Positions 32,741 through 48,100 of a DNA stretch of 64,000 nt are shown here, piece by piece. The notes under the pieces were generated by a model. The model saw only the letters and a list, made by a program, of their open reading frames with translations. It did not search any database and had not been told where the DNA came from. Within the stretch, counting starts at the first letter, position 1. Each line of letters starts with the position of its first letter. Location of the stretch: the NCBI RefSeq assembly GCF_009914755.1, contig NC_060928.1; one strand, 5' to 3'. The translations under genes and the position numbers were made by a program. Origin of the DNA: the human T2T-CHM13v2.0 reference genome, Homo sapiens.

Positions 32741-33816
32741 CCTAGTGTCTGCACACCCTATAGAAGATCTTTGTCATATAATCAAAATTATTTCTAATAC
32801 AGATAGAGGTATGGTACAAATTAGACTTTCTGGTAATTAAAACCCTCTTGTTAATTGCTTTTACTTGTTATAAATCACTGGATCATTGGAAATTTGAACT
32901 CTATGATTCTATACTACTTTTTAAAAATCAACAGTAATAAAAACCCAATTATTTTTATATTATTGGTTAATTGGAAAGACACAACTTTTTCGTTATTAAT
33001 TGGACATTGTGTCAATTTTTATTGGACTACTACAGATTCACTAGTTAGTTTCAATAATATTTTATCTTGATTTTTAAAATAGCATATGATCCTTGAAAAA
33101 TTATTAAAAAAGAAAAAATAGAAAAAAAAAGAAGTTAATCCTCCCTGCCAATTGTTACTACCAATGGCATATTGCATTTTATTTGAGATTTTATTTTATG
33201 CATTATTTGGATGCTTTTTCAATTTTTTAAAATAGGAATGAATAGCAGATAAAATGTACCTAATAATATATAATTGTACTCTATTTAATAGCATGGTAAT
33301 GATATTTTGCTAATATATATCATAAACAGTCAACAAACGTTCAAACTCTCAAGGAAGTTGTTATCGGATCTCCAAAGACAGACAAAGATTATGCTTAAGT
33401 ATTTCTAAATTCAATGTAAATATGATATTTTAACAAGGAAGTACAATATTTATGTTATTTAACCAATGCATGGATGTGACAATAGGCAGTAGTTACATGT
33501 TTTTCCAAACAAATTAAAACCAGCTATTCAAATCTACCTCTGAATTTTATATTCAACTTCTTAATGCAAAGATGTGAAAACCACAAAAATTAAAATAGTT
33601 TTAAAAAATAGCATATGCAGAAATTATTTTCTTTAATTATTAACCTCCTTAAATAGTGGGCAATTTATCATATTTATAGGTCAATAAGCAAATCCATTGC
33701 AAATTTTAAAACCATTTCAAAATAGTTCATATTTTTAAGGTGCTTTTTTTCACTATACATCACCTATTTCTACAAATATGTACATGAAATAATTCTATGT
33801 AAATCTCTTTTTTCTA

Positions 33817-33832
33817 CCAATAGGTGGCACTA
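33817..33832 (+). promoter_or_regulatory. Candidate CTCF site
   Basis: CCAATAGGTGGCACTA versus core CCASYAGRKGGCRCY, one mismatch; a GC-richer spot in very AT-rich unique DNA. Confidence 0.5.
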
Positions 33833-34372
33833 AAAATGTGTATATTTCAGTAATAAAGTATGTTCACCGCTATGTTGGTTTAAAATGCCTTTTCCTATAA
33901 GGCAATTTTAGCTGTAATTTGAGTTAAGAACATTTATTAACAATAAGATAACTCTGGTATGAACAAGAAGTTTTTCATTAGACAAATACAATGTAAAATG
34001 ATTGTAATGAGGGACCATTACATGAATATTTTACTTTGCTGGTATTAAAAATTTTGTCTTGTGATCAACTAAAATGGTATATTATTTAGTAAATTAGATA
34101 TTATATTTTCCTTTATTATTACATTATTGTTATTGGGTAAGTTTGCCATTTTCACCTTAGTCAATGTTGTTAATGTTTATCTGAGTAGACAGTGCATATA
34201 AAAGAATTCTACAGAATTTAGAAGCATCTTGTATTTGCTTTGACTGTTTATAAATCTATTCTTTGTTTTGTAATATTTAGTAAAACTAGTAGAAAATATC
34301 TAAGTATTTATATTTGTATTAATTTTTTTAGTAGCACTCTTCATTTTACCCATGTGTATATACTTAAAATTA

Positions 34373-34697
<325 letters not shown>

Positions 34698-35562
34698 TCA
34701 TACATCTCAGTCTTTTAGAATACTTTTTAATGTAGTTTGTGCAAGAAGTTTATTTCAAGAACTCCTAGAGGGGAAAAAAACTTAAGCTATTCAGTGTGCA
34801 TTGTTAACAGCAGTTTTATTAAAATGATTTATTGCCATAAGACAAATCCTAATGATATTCTTATATTATAACTGTATTTTATTCTGGGCTTGGTTGGTGT
34901 GATTTATTCACATTTTCTCAGAAAGTCTCAACCACTGTGTAGCTGTAGCTATTAAATAGCAAATGTGTTTTATATTATTATAATAAACATGCATTTTTCA
35001 TACTTGAACTTTCCAATAACAGATATTCTTGAGTAGTTTCAGTGCTTGTATTGGATCCCATTGAAGTCTTATTATCTTGTACAATTTGTCTCAACTGTAC
35101 TTCTGATTCCTATTTTCTGCTCTTTAAACCTACATGGGAAAATAAACTTAACCTGACATAGAGTCTGCTTTAATTCTATGTCCAGTGTCTCATCTCTGAT
35201 CAGAGATAGATCAATATGAAACACCTTTATTTGTCCTCTTTGCTGGCAGGAACTCAGCTTAACTTCATTCCTTTCTTGAGCTGCACAAATCTTATTTCTT
35301 GATGCCCTCCACTCCATTTGACTACTTATGGAGACTAATACACACTCCTGAGTTCCCTCCCTTGATCACCCTCTTCTCTTCAAACCACCATAATCGGATT
35401 TTGTGTTTTTTAGGTTTATAGAATAAGGAAAAACAAACAAACAAACACACCTTGATCACTATAGGGGACAAACAAACTTAAACCAGAAAGATACTTGTTA
35501 TTTTAACTTTTAAATGCAGGGAAATATTCAGGCATATTTAAAGATGGATGCATCTAGGGCCT

Positions 35563-36052
35563 TGCAGTAGTCAGTTTCCAAGGTAACGCCCAGTGATCCT
35601 TGGCTCTTAGAATTCACACTTCTGTGTAGTCCCCTCCCACACTGTACCAGGGTTGGCATGTGTGACCAACAGTGTATAGCAGAAGTGATGTTATTTTCAG
35701 AATTATGTTATCAGAAGTCTGTGGTTTTGTCTTAGGCACTCTCTTGCTCACTGGGTCTCTGTCATTTGTCCAAAGGAAAGCAGATACCATGTCATGGAAA
35801 TGCCATAGGAAAAAATGTGAGGTCTCCAGTCAACCGACCACATGGAATTGAAACCTGTCAACAAACAAGTAGTGAGTTTGGAAGCAGATCCTCCAACCCC
35901 ATTTGAGCCTCATGAGAGACCCTGAGACTAAAACACAAGCTAAGCCACTTCTGGATTCCTGACAAACAGAAACTAAGAGGTAATAACTGTGTATTGCTTC
36001 AAGCTGCTACTTTTTAGAGTAATTTCTTATGCAGCAGTAGGTAACTAACACA
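35563..36052 (+). mobile_element. MLT1F-like MaLR solo LTR
   Basis: tgtgtagtcccctcccacactgtaccagggttgg...tgtgtgaccaa...gcagaagtgatg; ends tatgcagcagtaggtaactaacaca. Confidence 0.8.
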
Positions 36053-36199
36053 GATCTCAAACCATATTATCAGAGTCTGCATCTCTCTGTTCTTGGCTGT
36101 GATAACATCAAGTTGTATCAAATGCAAATAAATAGAAATGAATTCTGGTGATCAAATAACGCAGTCATGACCTGTCTGTTTATCATGTGGATTCTAAAT

Positions 36200-36411
36200 C
36201 AGGAGTTTACAAACTACAAATTGCTTGTCAAAAACTTACCATCTGTTTTTGTAAATAAAGTTTTAATAGAACACTACCACTTCATTTACATTTTGTCTAT
36301 GACTTTCATGCTACAATTGCAGACCTGGGTAATAAAGACAGAAATCAAATGGCCCACAAATCCCAAAAAGTGTGCTATTTAGCTCTTTACAGAAAAGTTA
36401 GCCAACCCTTG
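36200..36411. mobile_element. MER58A hAT-Charlie MITE
   Basis: caggagtttacaaacta...tgtttttgtaaataaagtttta...tggcccacaaa...ctttacagaaaagttagccaaccc. Confidence 0.85.
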
Positions 36412-36879
36412 TCTACATGGAGGAGAGTATACACATTGACTTGCATGATCCCTGGTTAGTAGCAACTGAAAAAATAAAAAATAAAAAATCCATAACTTGA
36501 CAGAGAAAGCTTAAGAGAGAACCCTAAATTACCTGTCTTGGACCATGTGCCTTCGTGCCAATCATGTGGCCAGGTGGAAACGTTCCTCTTCTGTCTGTTC
36601 TTAGCGAATGCTGATATCAATATTATAAATAAATAGAAGACAAGTAGAAAGTTATGGCATACCAGTTTGAGAGAAGAAAAGAATAATATTTAAATTATTT
36701 ATGAAAGGTACAGTTTTAGTGCAGTAGCTTTAAGAAGATGAACTTAAAAAGCGATCTGGTTTTATTTTCATTATGAACATAATTAGTGCACTGGTTCTTC
36801 AAACCCTGAGAAAAGCCAGTTACTATGAAATTAAAGGGAAATATTTAATTAATAGAATTGTGAGAGCAAAGAGGAGCAG

Positions 36880-37440
36880 AAACTGTTCAAAGGAGAAATA
36901 CTTGCTTTTAGATATGTTCAATACTGGATTATTAAAATATCACCAAAAACATGTTTATGAGACAGGTGAGTTTATTGGTTACTGCAGTAAAGGAGAACAA
37001 TACTACCACAGTCTTAGTACCATCTTAGAGCAGAAACAGCAAACTTGGCATATTTATGAGATTTTAGAGTTTGGATTAAGGTGAGTCTTTCAGTTCAGGG
37101 ATGCAGTGGAGGAGGTTCAGGGCATGCTTAGGAGTGGGTGAGAATCATAATAGTTAACGACTGGGGGACACAGCAAGTTGAGGATATGAAAGCAAAAAGT
37201 CAAAGAATCTTGACGTATAAACTGTCTTTCTAGCTTTTCATAGGGAAGTTGACAGGTCTTCCAGAATTTTCCTGGAGTAAAACATTAACATTATTTGCAA
37301 CATTTCTCTTTCTGGTCAAGAATTTTCTCGAAAAGTAAAGTTATATTGATGAACATAGCATAATAGTAAAACCATACTTATGTGGACAGTAAGCTCTGTA
37401 GATGCTTTATAATGCTCAGATACATCGGTTTAAGATTTTA
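36880..37440 (-). mobile_element. Possible old ERV LTR fragment
   Basis: LTR-like composition with antisense poly(A) signal (gtttatt); family not recognised. Confidence 0.25.
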
Positions 37441-37586
37441 TCATGTGTTTGAACAGAGATATAGGTAGACAGGCGAGAAGATTAGGAAAGAAGAGCGATA
37501 TCTGAGCCCCAGAGTTTCCCGTGTAGCTGTCAGAATACAGAGAATGAACAAAACAATGAGCAGAGAGGAGCTCCCTGCTGAGGACC

Positions 37587-37689
37587 ATAGAAATGGCAGA
37601 ATCTGAGCATTGATTGCAGATAGATCGCTAAGGAGAGAAAGATGGCAATGATCTAACTGCAATCAATGCTCAGATTCTGTCATTTCTAT
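37587..37689. repeat. Inverted repeat: 40-bp arms, 23-nt spacer
   Basis: Arms 37587-37626 and 37650-37689 are reverse complements with 2 mismatches. Confidence 0.95.
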
Positions 37690-38239
37690 TTTGGAAGTAT
37701 GATTTAGATATTTTTTCCACTTTCACAACAGCTTCAATAAATTTTACCCAAACTAATGACAATAAATTCTTAATTTTCCATGTCTGCCTTTAGTGGTCAT
37801 TGTTAAAAATAATAACACCACAGTGAGTTTTTATAACAAACAAAACCTTAATTTTAACTTAAATGTATAAATATCAGAAGTATTATATTGATTTTGAAAG
37901 GATAGTAGAACTAAATATTTACAATTTGATTAAGAATAACATAACATAATAAATAACATAACAGGTCCAAATCCTGGTGCCATCAATAAAAAGTATGTGA
38001 ACAGTACCTGACCCATAGTAATAGTTTAATAAATGTTTGCAGGAATGAATACAAGAAATTAATTTCTGAGAATCAAGAATTGCTGTTCTGGCAGACATCG
38101 TCTACCTTAACATCAACAGTGCCCTTTCCTCCTTATTACTCTCACTGTAATACACCAATCATGACCGGGAAGAAAGATCTTCCATTCCTTGGGACATTGT
38201 TGGGCATGTGACTAAATTTCACTCGAGGGTATACAAGTA

Positions 38240-39320
38240 TCCATATATACATATAAGTTTCAACTTATAATTTAGACTCTATTTGTATATTTATTTTTAA
38301 AAATTATATATATGCACACACAAAGACATAAAATTTTACACAATATAATTGTATATTTATTTTAAACACATATATATTATAAATTATATAATATCTAATA
38401 TCTATTATTATATAATATCTATATAATATCTAATATCTAATATATCTAATATCTAATATCTAATTAGATATCAAATATCTAACATATAATATAATATATA
38501 TGTATTATTTAATGTATAATATAATATATATGATATTATTTAATATATAATATAATCTAGCTCTGGAGCCACAAACTTCCCTCATGGATCTGTCACCACA
38601 TTCACACCTAACTACTTTATTTCTATGATATTATATATTATATATAATATTTTATCTATATTATATATAATATAGATAATATATTATATTATATATGTTT
38701 AAAATAAATACACACTTATACAATTATATTAAACAATTATACAATTATTTAATATACAATTATTTTAAACACACATATATAATATATAATATAATATATC
38801 ATATAAAATAATTATACAGTTATTTTAAACACACATATATTGTATATAATATATATTATATGTAATATTATGTATAATATATGATATATAATATATTATG
38901 TATATAATACATATAATATATCATATATCATATATTATAAAAAGAATTCTATGTGTTAAGAATTCTTATAGTCACATTTAATATATTTATTAATATAATA
39001 ATGTGTGTATGTACACACATAATATATATTATATTATATATAATGGAATATATACAGATACATATAATTTACAGAAGTGGTCCTTGGAAGTGAGAGAACC
39101 TGAAGTCCATATGAGCAAAATTTTATATAATTTATGATTATATACTTATATTATGTATTTATTTAGATAGAGATTATATCTGTATTATAATACATAATTA
39201 TAATATATAATAACATATTATGTATGCATACATAGATATATAATTATATTATATTAATACATATATATATTAAATGTGACTATAGCAATCTTTCTTAACA
39301 AATGGAATTCTTTTTAGGCC
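38240..39320. repeat. TA-rich low-complexity patchwork with embedded inverted copies of nearby sequence
   Basis: (TA)-rich filler plus islands at 38554-38629, 38938-38986 and 39064-39105 that are reverse complements of 39901-39976, 39265-39316 and 39352-39393. Confidence 0.9.
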
Positions 39321-39824
39321 TAAAATTACCTAAAAGCTAATAAAGCTTAACCTTCAGGATCTCTCATTTGTGAGAAACACTTCTGTAAATTATTTCTTTG
39401 TAAGTACATTTTCAAATTATCTAGATTTGAGTGTACCATTTATTTTATACCAGGATCCTGACCGATACTATATTTTCAAACAGAGATCATAATTTGTCAC
39501 CTCTTTCTCTCAGATTTATCTCTGAATGAGTTTACCTATTTTAATGTGAACCGCCGTCGCTTTCAATTTAGCTTCAGTTTATAATATTATAACTTTTCAG
39601 ATATGTTCTATAGTTTGAAACAATCAACGTTTTTATGCCTACTATGTTTGAAACTTGTGACAATTTTGCTCATCTAGTCTTATTAGAGACATTAAGTGGA
39701 TTATTTTTAAGCAATTATATTCTATAATTCTGTGAACTTTTCAATAAAAAATACTGATAACTAAGCTCCGAATCAAACAAATACGGTAGTATCATCATGT
39801 TGACTAATTAATAGTAAAATACAA

Positions 39825-39839
39825 CCAGTAGAAGGCGCA
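39825..39839 (+). promoter_or_regulatory. Candidate CTCF site
   Basis: CCAGTAGAAGGCGCA; fits the CTCF core except A at the G/T position and at the last base; retains a CpG. Confidence 0.35.
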
Positions 39840-41343
39840 GCACACATGACAGTACAATATTTTTCAAGTGGTCCATAAATGTAACAGTGATAGAGAGTGA
39901 ATCATAGAAATAAAGTAGCTAAGTATGGATGTGGTGAGAGATCCATGAGGGAAGTTTGTGGCTCCAGAGCTAGATTTTTCCTGCACTGAACAATTCATCA
40001 ATTAGAAATTGATAATTGTGGAGTCAGATAAAGTAGAATGCACATTTAAAAGACATGAGGCAAATATAAGATAGATCTCCTGCCCTGAGGATTTTAAAAT
40101 CTAGTTAAGATGAAAGATGTTTTAAAAGATGGAATATGAATTACAGTATATGAGCAAGGCTATTATATTGTGATAGGTGTTAATCATATCAGTTAAATGA
40201 GTGTAAGAATATAAAAAGCAGACTCAAGAAATTATAGCAAATAAATGAGAACAAATATGAGAGAAAAGAATGAGCTTTTCGTGGTATAAGGAAAAGTTAA
40301 GAATAATCAATGGATTTGTAAGTAAAGAAAACATTTTGTGCTTAACTTGCTTTACTGCTTCCTTAAATTAATTGTTTAAGTAGATTAAAGGAACACTTTT
40401 AAAGTTTAAACAATGGGCAAGAGATGCTAGGAATAATAAATATGGAAAATTTAATGTTTATTTTTCTAAAAGTCTCTTACCTAGAGTTTAATATTAGGAG
40501 TTATTTTTTATTTACAAGTTTCTGAGTTTAATTTTTCTAACTTCCTTGCAGCACATAAATCATAACTTTTTGGGGTTTTGTTTTGAAAATGTCCTAGCAA
40601 TGTACGTACTTTATAAATTTGTTTACTTAGAAAAATTTTGTCCCCTGACATCCAGATAAATTCCTTTTGCTTAGTTTTTACTGTCATTCAGGTTAAAACT
40701 AGGTAGGTTTAAATATAATTTAATTTAAAATTTAAGCAAGAATAGAGTACATGTGTGAATGTTTATATTGAAGATTATACTTTTACTACAAAAATGTAAT
40801 TATACCTGCAATGAGATTCCATGCTAAGCACAAAAGTAGCTTTTATCACAAAGTTATCATTTAATATATGTCCAACACCAGAAATTCTGAAAGCCCAAAA
40901 ACAAATATACATTTCTGACAGGTAATAGAGCACAACATTAATTTCGGAGGGTACAGATATTCAAACCATAGCTGATGCCATAGACCCACTAGACTCATTT
41001 CTCCCTTCCTGTTAAGTACAGCTATATATCCTAAACATATGGAATAGGCAGACAAAAAGGAACTATGAAAGGTGAAAAGAGGGAGGCAAACTGGATTGGG
41101 ACTTCAGGGCTGAAGGAAAAACACAGCAACAGAGTGTAATATGTCTCCCCACTCTAAAGAAGGAGGTAATCTATAATCAGCATTTTCTGAACCCTGTTCT
41201 AACATGAGAAGTTAGCAGATATGACAGAGGATAAAATCAATGAATGTGAGGATGGGTCAATAATGTTACCCACTCCGAGCAATGATGTGGTAGGCAGAAT
41301 GGGAATGGGTTTAAGGAGGTACCTATATTAAGCAGCACATAAG

Positions 41344-44050
<2,707 letters not shown>

Positions 44051-44870
44051 TGCCAACACAAAATAGGCTGATAAAAATGAACACAGCCTCAGGGACCTGT
44101 GGAACAATGACAAAGGACCCCCAATTATATTATCAGAGTTCCGGAGGAGTGGAGAAAAAAGATGAGCTAGAAAAGTATTTGGAGTAATAATGGCTGAAAA
44201 CTTCCAAAATCTGGCAGAAGACATATAGCAACAGAGTCAAGAAGCTGTGTGAACCTCAAATACATTTACATCAATATAATATCATAATTAAACTTCTGAA
44301 AACTAAAAACAAAGAAAAAAGTCTTGAAATCATTGAGAGAAATGACACATTACTTCTAGGAAACAAAAAATCTATTAATTTTGAATTATCTAAATGGCAA
44401 ACAGTAGGAATAAAAGGGAAAATATATTAGATACAAGACAACTAAAATAATTTGTTGCCATAAGACTTACTCTTAACGATTGGCTAAAGAAAATTATTTT
44501 TAAAAAAGAAATGATAAAATAAGGAAATTCGAGAACAAGACAGATCAATGAAAAGTGAAGAAATATTAATATATAAAATAAAATTTATCATATGAGTTTT
44601 ATAAATCATACCTAATCAAAATCTAATCATATGTAAACAAATTACAATACCATCTGATACTCAAGGTAATGATATTTAAAAGTGGGAAACGTAAAGAAAT
44701 CTAAAGGGAAGTAAGCTTTTCCCACTCCACTTGAACAAATAAAATGCTGATACCAACAGACTCTGATAATTCACATATATACATTGCAATACCCAGAGCA
44801 ATCACATTCAAATATAATATAACAAAATCAAGAAAGGATCCAGGAAAATGTCTAGGTAATCTACACAATT

Positions 44871-44917
<47 letters not shown>

Positions 44918-45841
44918 AAAAAGGAATAAGAAACAGAGAAAACAAATAATATAAAGTAACAAAATCAAGTTCTAACATATCACTAATTGCCTTAAGTATA
45001 AATGACCTGAATATACCAAATGACAGAGATTGACAGAGTGGATTAACAAAAAAAAAAAAAAAAGAAGATGATGTATCCATTTACTGTCTATAAGGAACTG
45101 ACTTCAAATTCAATTACATGGGTTGGTTAAAATTAAAGGGTGGAAAGTCATATACTAGCCAAACACTAATTTACAAAGAGCAGCAGAGGTTACATTAATA
45201 AATTAGTACAGCCATTACGGAAAAAATAATTGGCAGTTCCTTAAAAACACCAAACGTGCAATGACAATACTACCCAATAATTACACACTTGGCCATTAAT
45301 CCCAGAAAAATGATAATTTAGGTTCACAAAAAAATCTGTGCACAAATATCCATAGCTTTTTTCATAATAGTAAAAAAAAACAGAAACAGCCAAATATGCT
45401 TGAATTAGTAAATATAATTAAGTGGGAAAAAGCTAACTTAAAAAGGCTGCATATTATATTATTTTATTTATATAATATTTTTGAAATGGAAAAATATATA
45501 TAGAAATGGAGAACTATGAACTAGAGGTTTCCCAGTTGTAAGAAGGAGTAGGGGAAAGCAAAAGAGAAGTGGATATGATTATAAAAGGGCAATGCAAGAC
45601 ATCCCTGTGGTGACAATAGTGTTTTGTAATTTGATTTCATGGTGAATATATGAACCTACACATGAGATAAATTTGCATAAACACATAAATGATTAAAAGT
45701 AAAACTGGAGAGAGTTGAGTAAGTTGTGCATTCTAACATTGTTAATATCCTAGTTATGATATTACACTATAGTTTTTCAAGATGTTACAACTGGGGGAAA
45801 CTGACTGAAGTCTAAACAAGGCTCACCTGTATTATTTGTAA

Positions 45842-46392
<551 letters not shown>

Positions 46393-47334
46393 AAGTTTTG
46401 CTTTTTTATGGCAGGAGGACCAATCCTTCCCATAATTTGAACTAATATGTTCTTATTCAAGAGTTCTCTTTTTAAGCACATAATTTCAGAAGACTTTTTC
46501 AGAATCTCTAATCAACTAAACGGTCATGAGTAAGAGTCAGTACACTGAAATAAGTGATTGGATATAAGTCCTGGTTTCATCATTTTTTAGGTGTATGAGA
46601 TTTAACTTATGATATTAAGGTGCTATATTTTTTTCTAGTGCAAAATATATCACTACATTTACAATGTGAAGAACATTATTTTGAAATGTACAAAACAGTT
46701 ACACTAAGCATGTAGTGTTTGTTCCTAAAGATGTTCCTAAACAAACAGCTAAATGAGAATCTCTTTTGAGGTATTAATTTCATCTCACCAAAGCATTAAT
46801 TTGCGACGTTGGGATACTAGATGCAAGATTCTATGCATTTCTTTTGTCATCTGGGTTTTGAAATATCTTGCTTTTCAAAAATTCTATTCTGATTTGTTTA
46901 AACCATAACTCTACTATGTGTTTCTTATTATATATCTGTCTTCATTTTCACTTATGTTGTGGAAGACTGACAGATTTCCTTTGCACACATCGATATATCT
47001 CATTACTACTAGCATTACTGCTGCTTATCCATCTTGCTCCAGTCCTCATTGCTGTTGCACTTTCCTCATCAGCTTCCTTCTTCCTTTTGCTAGTACTGCT
47101 GATTTTCCCTATCTTACCAATGAGTCACATCCTCAAGGTGCTGGCATATTTCAGACATCTCTACCTTATTCAAGACTTTTCCATTTTATAAATTTTGATC
47201 AGCCCTATTTAACTTCATAGTGGGCAAGCTTTAACTAGCTCTTATAAATGTGTATTATTTGAGATGAGAAACAGGTTCCCAGAAAGCACTGCCAAAAAAT
47301 CATCCAGAAGTCAAATGTTAATTATATCTATTAT

Positions 47335-47650
47335 TTCAAATTTTTATTATGAACATTTTGAAAAACACAAGTAGCAGAGAGTAATCTAGTTAAATTCATA
47401 TACCCTTCACCCAGCCTCAACAAATTTAAACAACTGGCCAATTTTGTTTTATCTATTATCTATACGCACCAAATTATCCTTGTTTCCCTTTCTGTTAGTT
47501 TAAAACAAATTCTAGCCACTATATCATTTTACCCATAATACTTTAGTATGAGAACTATTGAAGAAAAAACTTTTACTTAATATAACCCTATCTGGATTAA
47601 AACAATTTACAATAATAATTATTAAATATTATAAATATATGTTATATCAT
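47335..47650 (-). mobile_element. Old L1MC/ME 3'-end fragment
   Basis: catatacccttcacccagcctcaacaaatt...tggccaattttgttttatcta typical of old L1M 3' ends. Confidence 0.6.
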
Positions 47651-47799
47651 CCCTGATTATAAAACAGTAAGTTATAACCAAGGGAAACATATATTGCCAT
47701 TTTTAATTTTAAAACTTGTACTAACCTATTATAATACATTTTATACACATCTATTCTATTCATTTTCAAATCATGCGGTTAGTATTAAAATCCACCAAA

Positions 47800-48100
47800 T
47801 ATATTACATACAGCATATTCAAGTTTTGTAAAAGATTTCACATCACTATTTTCATTTTGTGAGGTGAGTTATATATAACTAAGAAAAATTTAGAGTCAAT
47901 CTAATTTTATCTAGGCTTGCAGTCATATTCGTCTTTCACTCTTAACACCACTTGGTAGTAAGGTCTTTAAAATGTGTATTTCCTTAGTAAATTAGTAAAG
48001 GGTATGGAATTTGTCACATTTTGCAGATGAAGAAACTGAGGCTCAGGAAATACTTAATATAAGTAATAAATGGAAAAGCCAGCTTTTATACCCTGATGTC
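47800..48100 (-). mobile_element. MIR fragments
   Basis: cacattttgcagatgaagaaactgaggctcag is the antisense MIR core. Confidence 0.65.

Larger units (their letters stand above)
31700..32775. mobile_element. Possible ancient hAT-Tip100-type DNA transposon relic hosting two Alus
   Basis: Only the right end (ttgcctagtgtctgcacacccta) resembles hAT-Tip100 subterminal motifs; weak. Confidence 0.25.

Noticed and set aside
44873-44922. Long A/(GAAAA) tract suggesting a retrocopy tail
   Set aside because: No TSD or upstream mRNA-like body; sits in an A-rich part of the old L1 and is best explained by slippage
46868-47220. Hydrophobic 100-107 aa ORFs resembling membrane peptides
   Set aside because: Non-ATG starts, pyrimidine-rich composition, no recognisable homology or splice support
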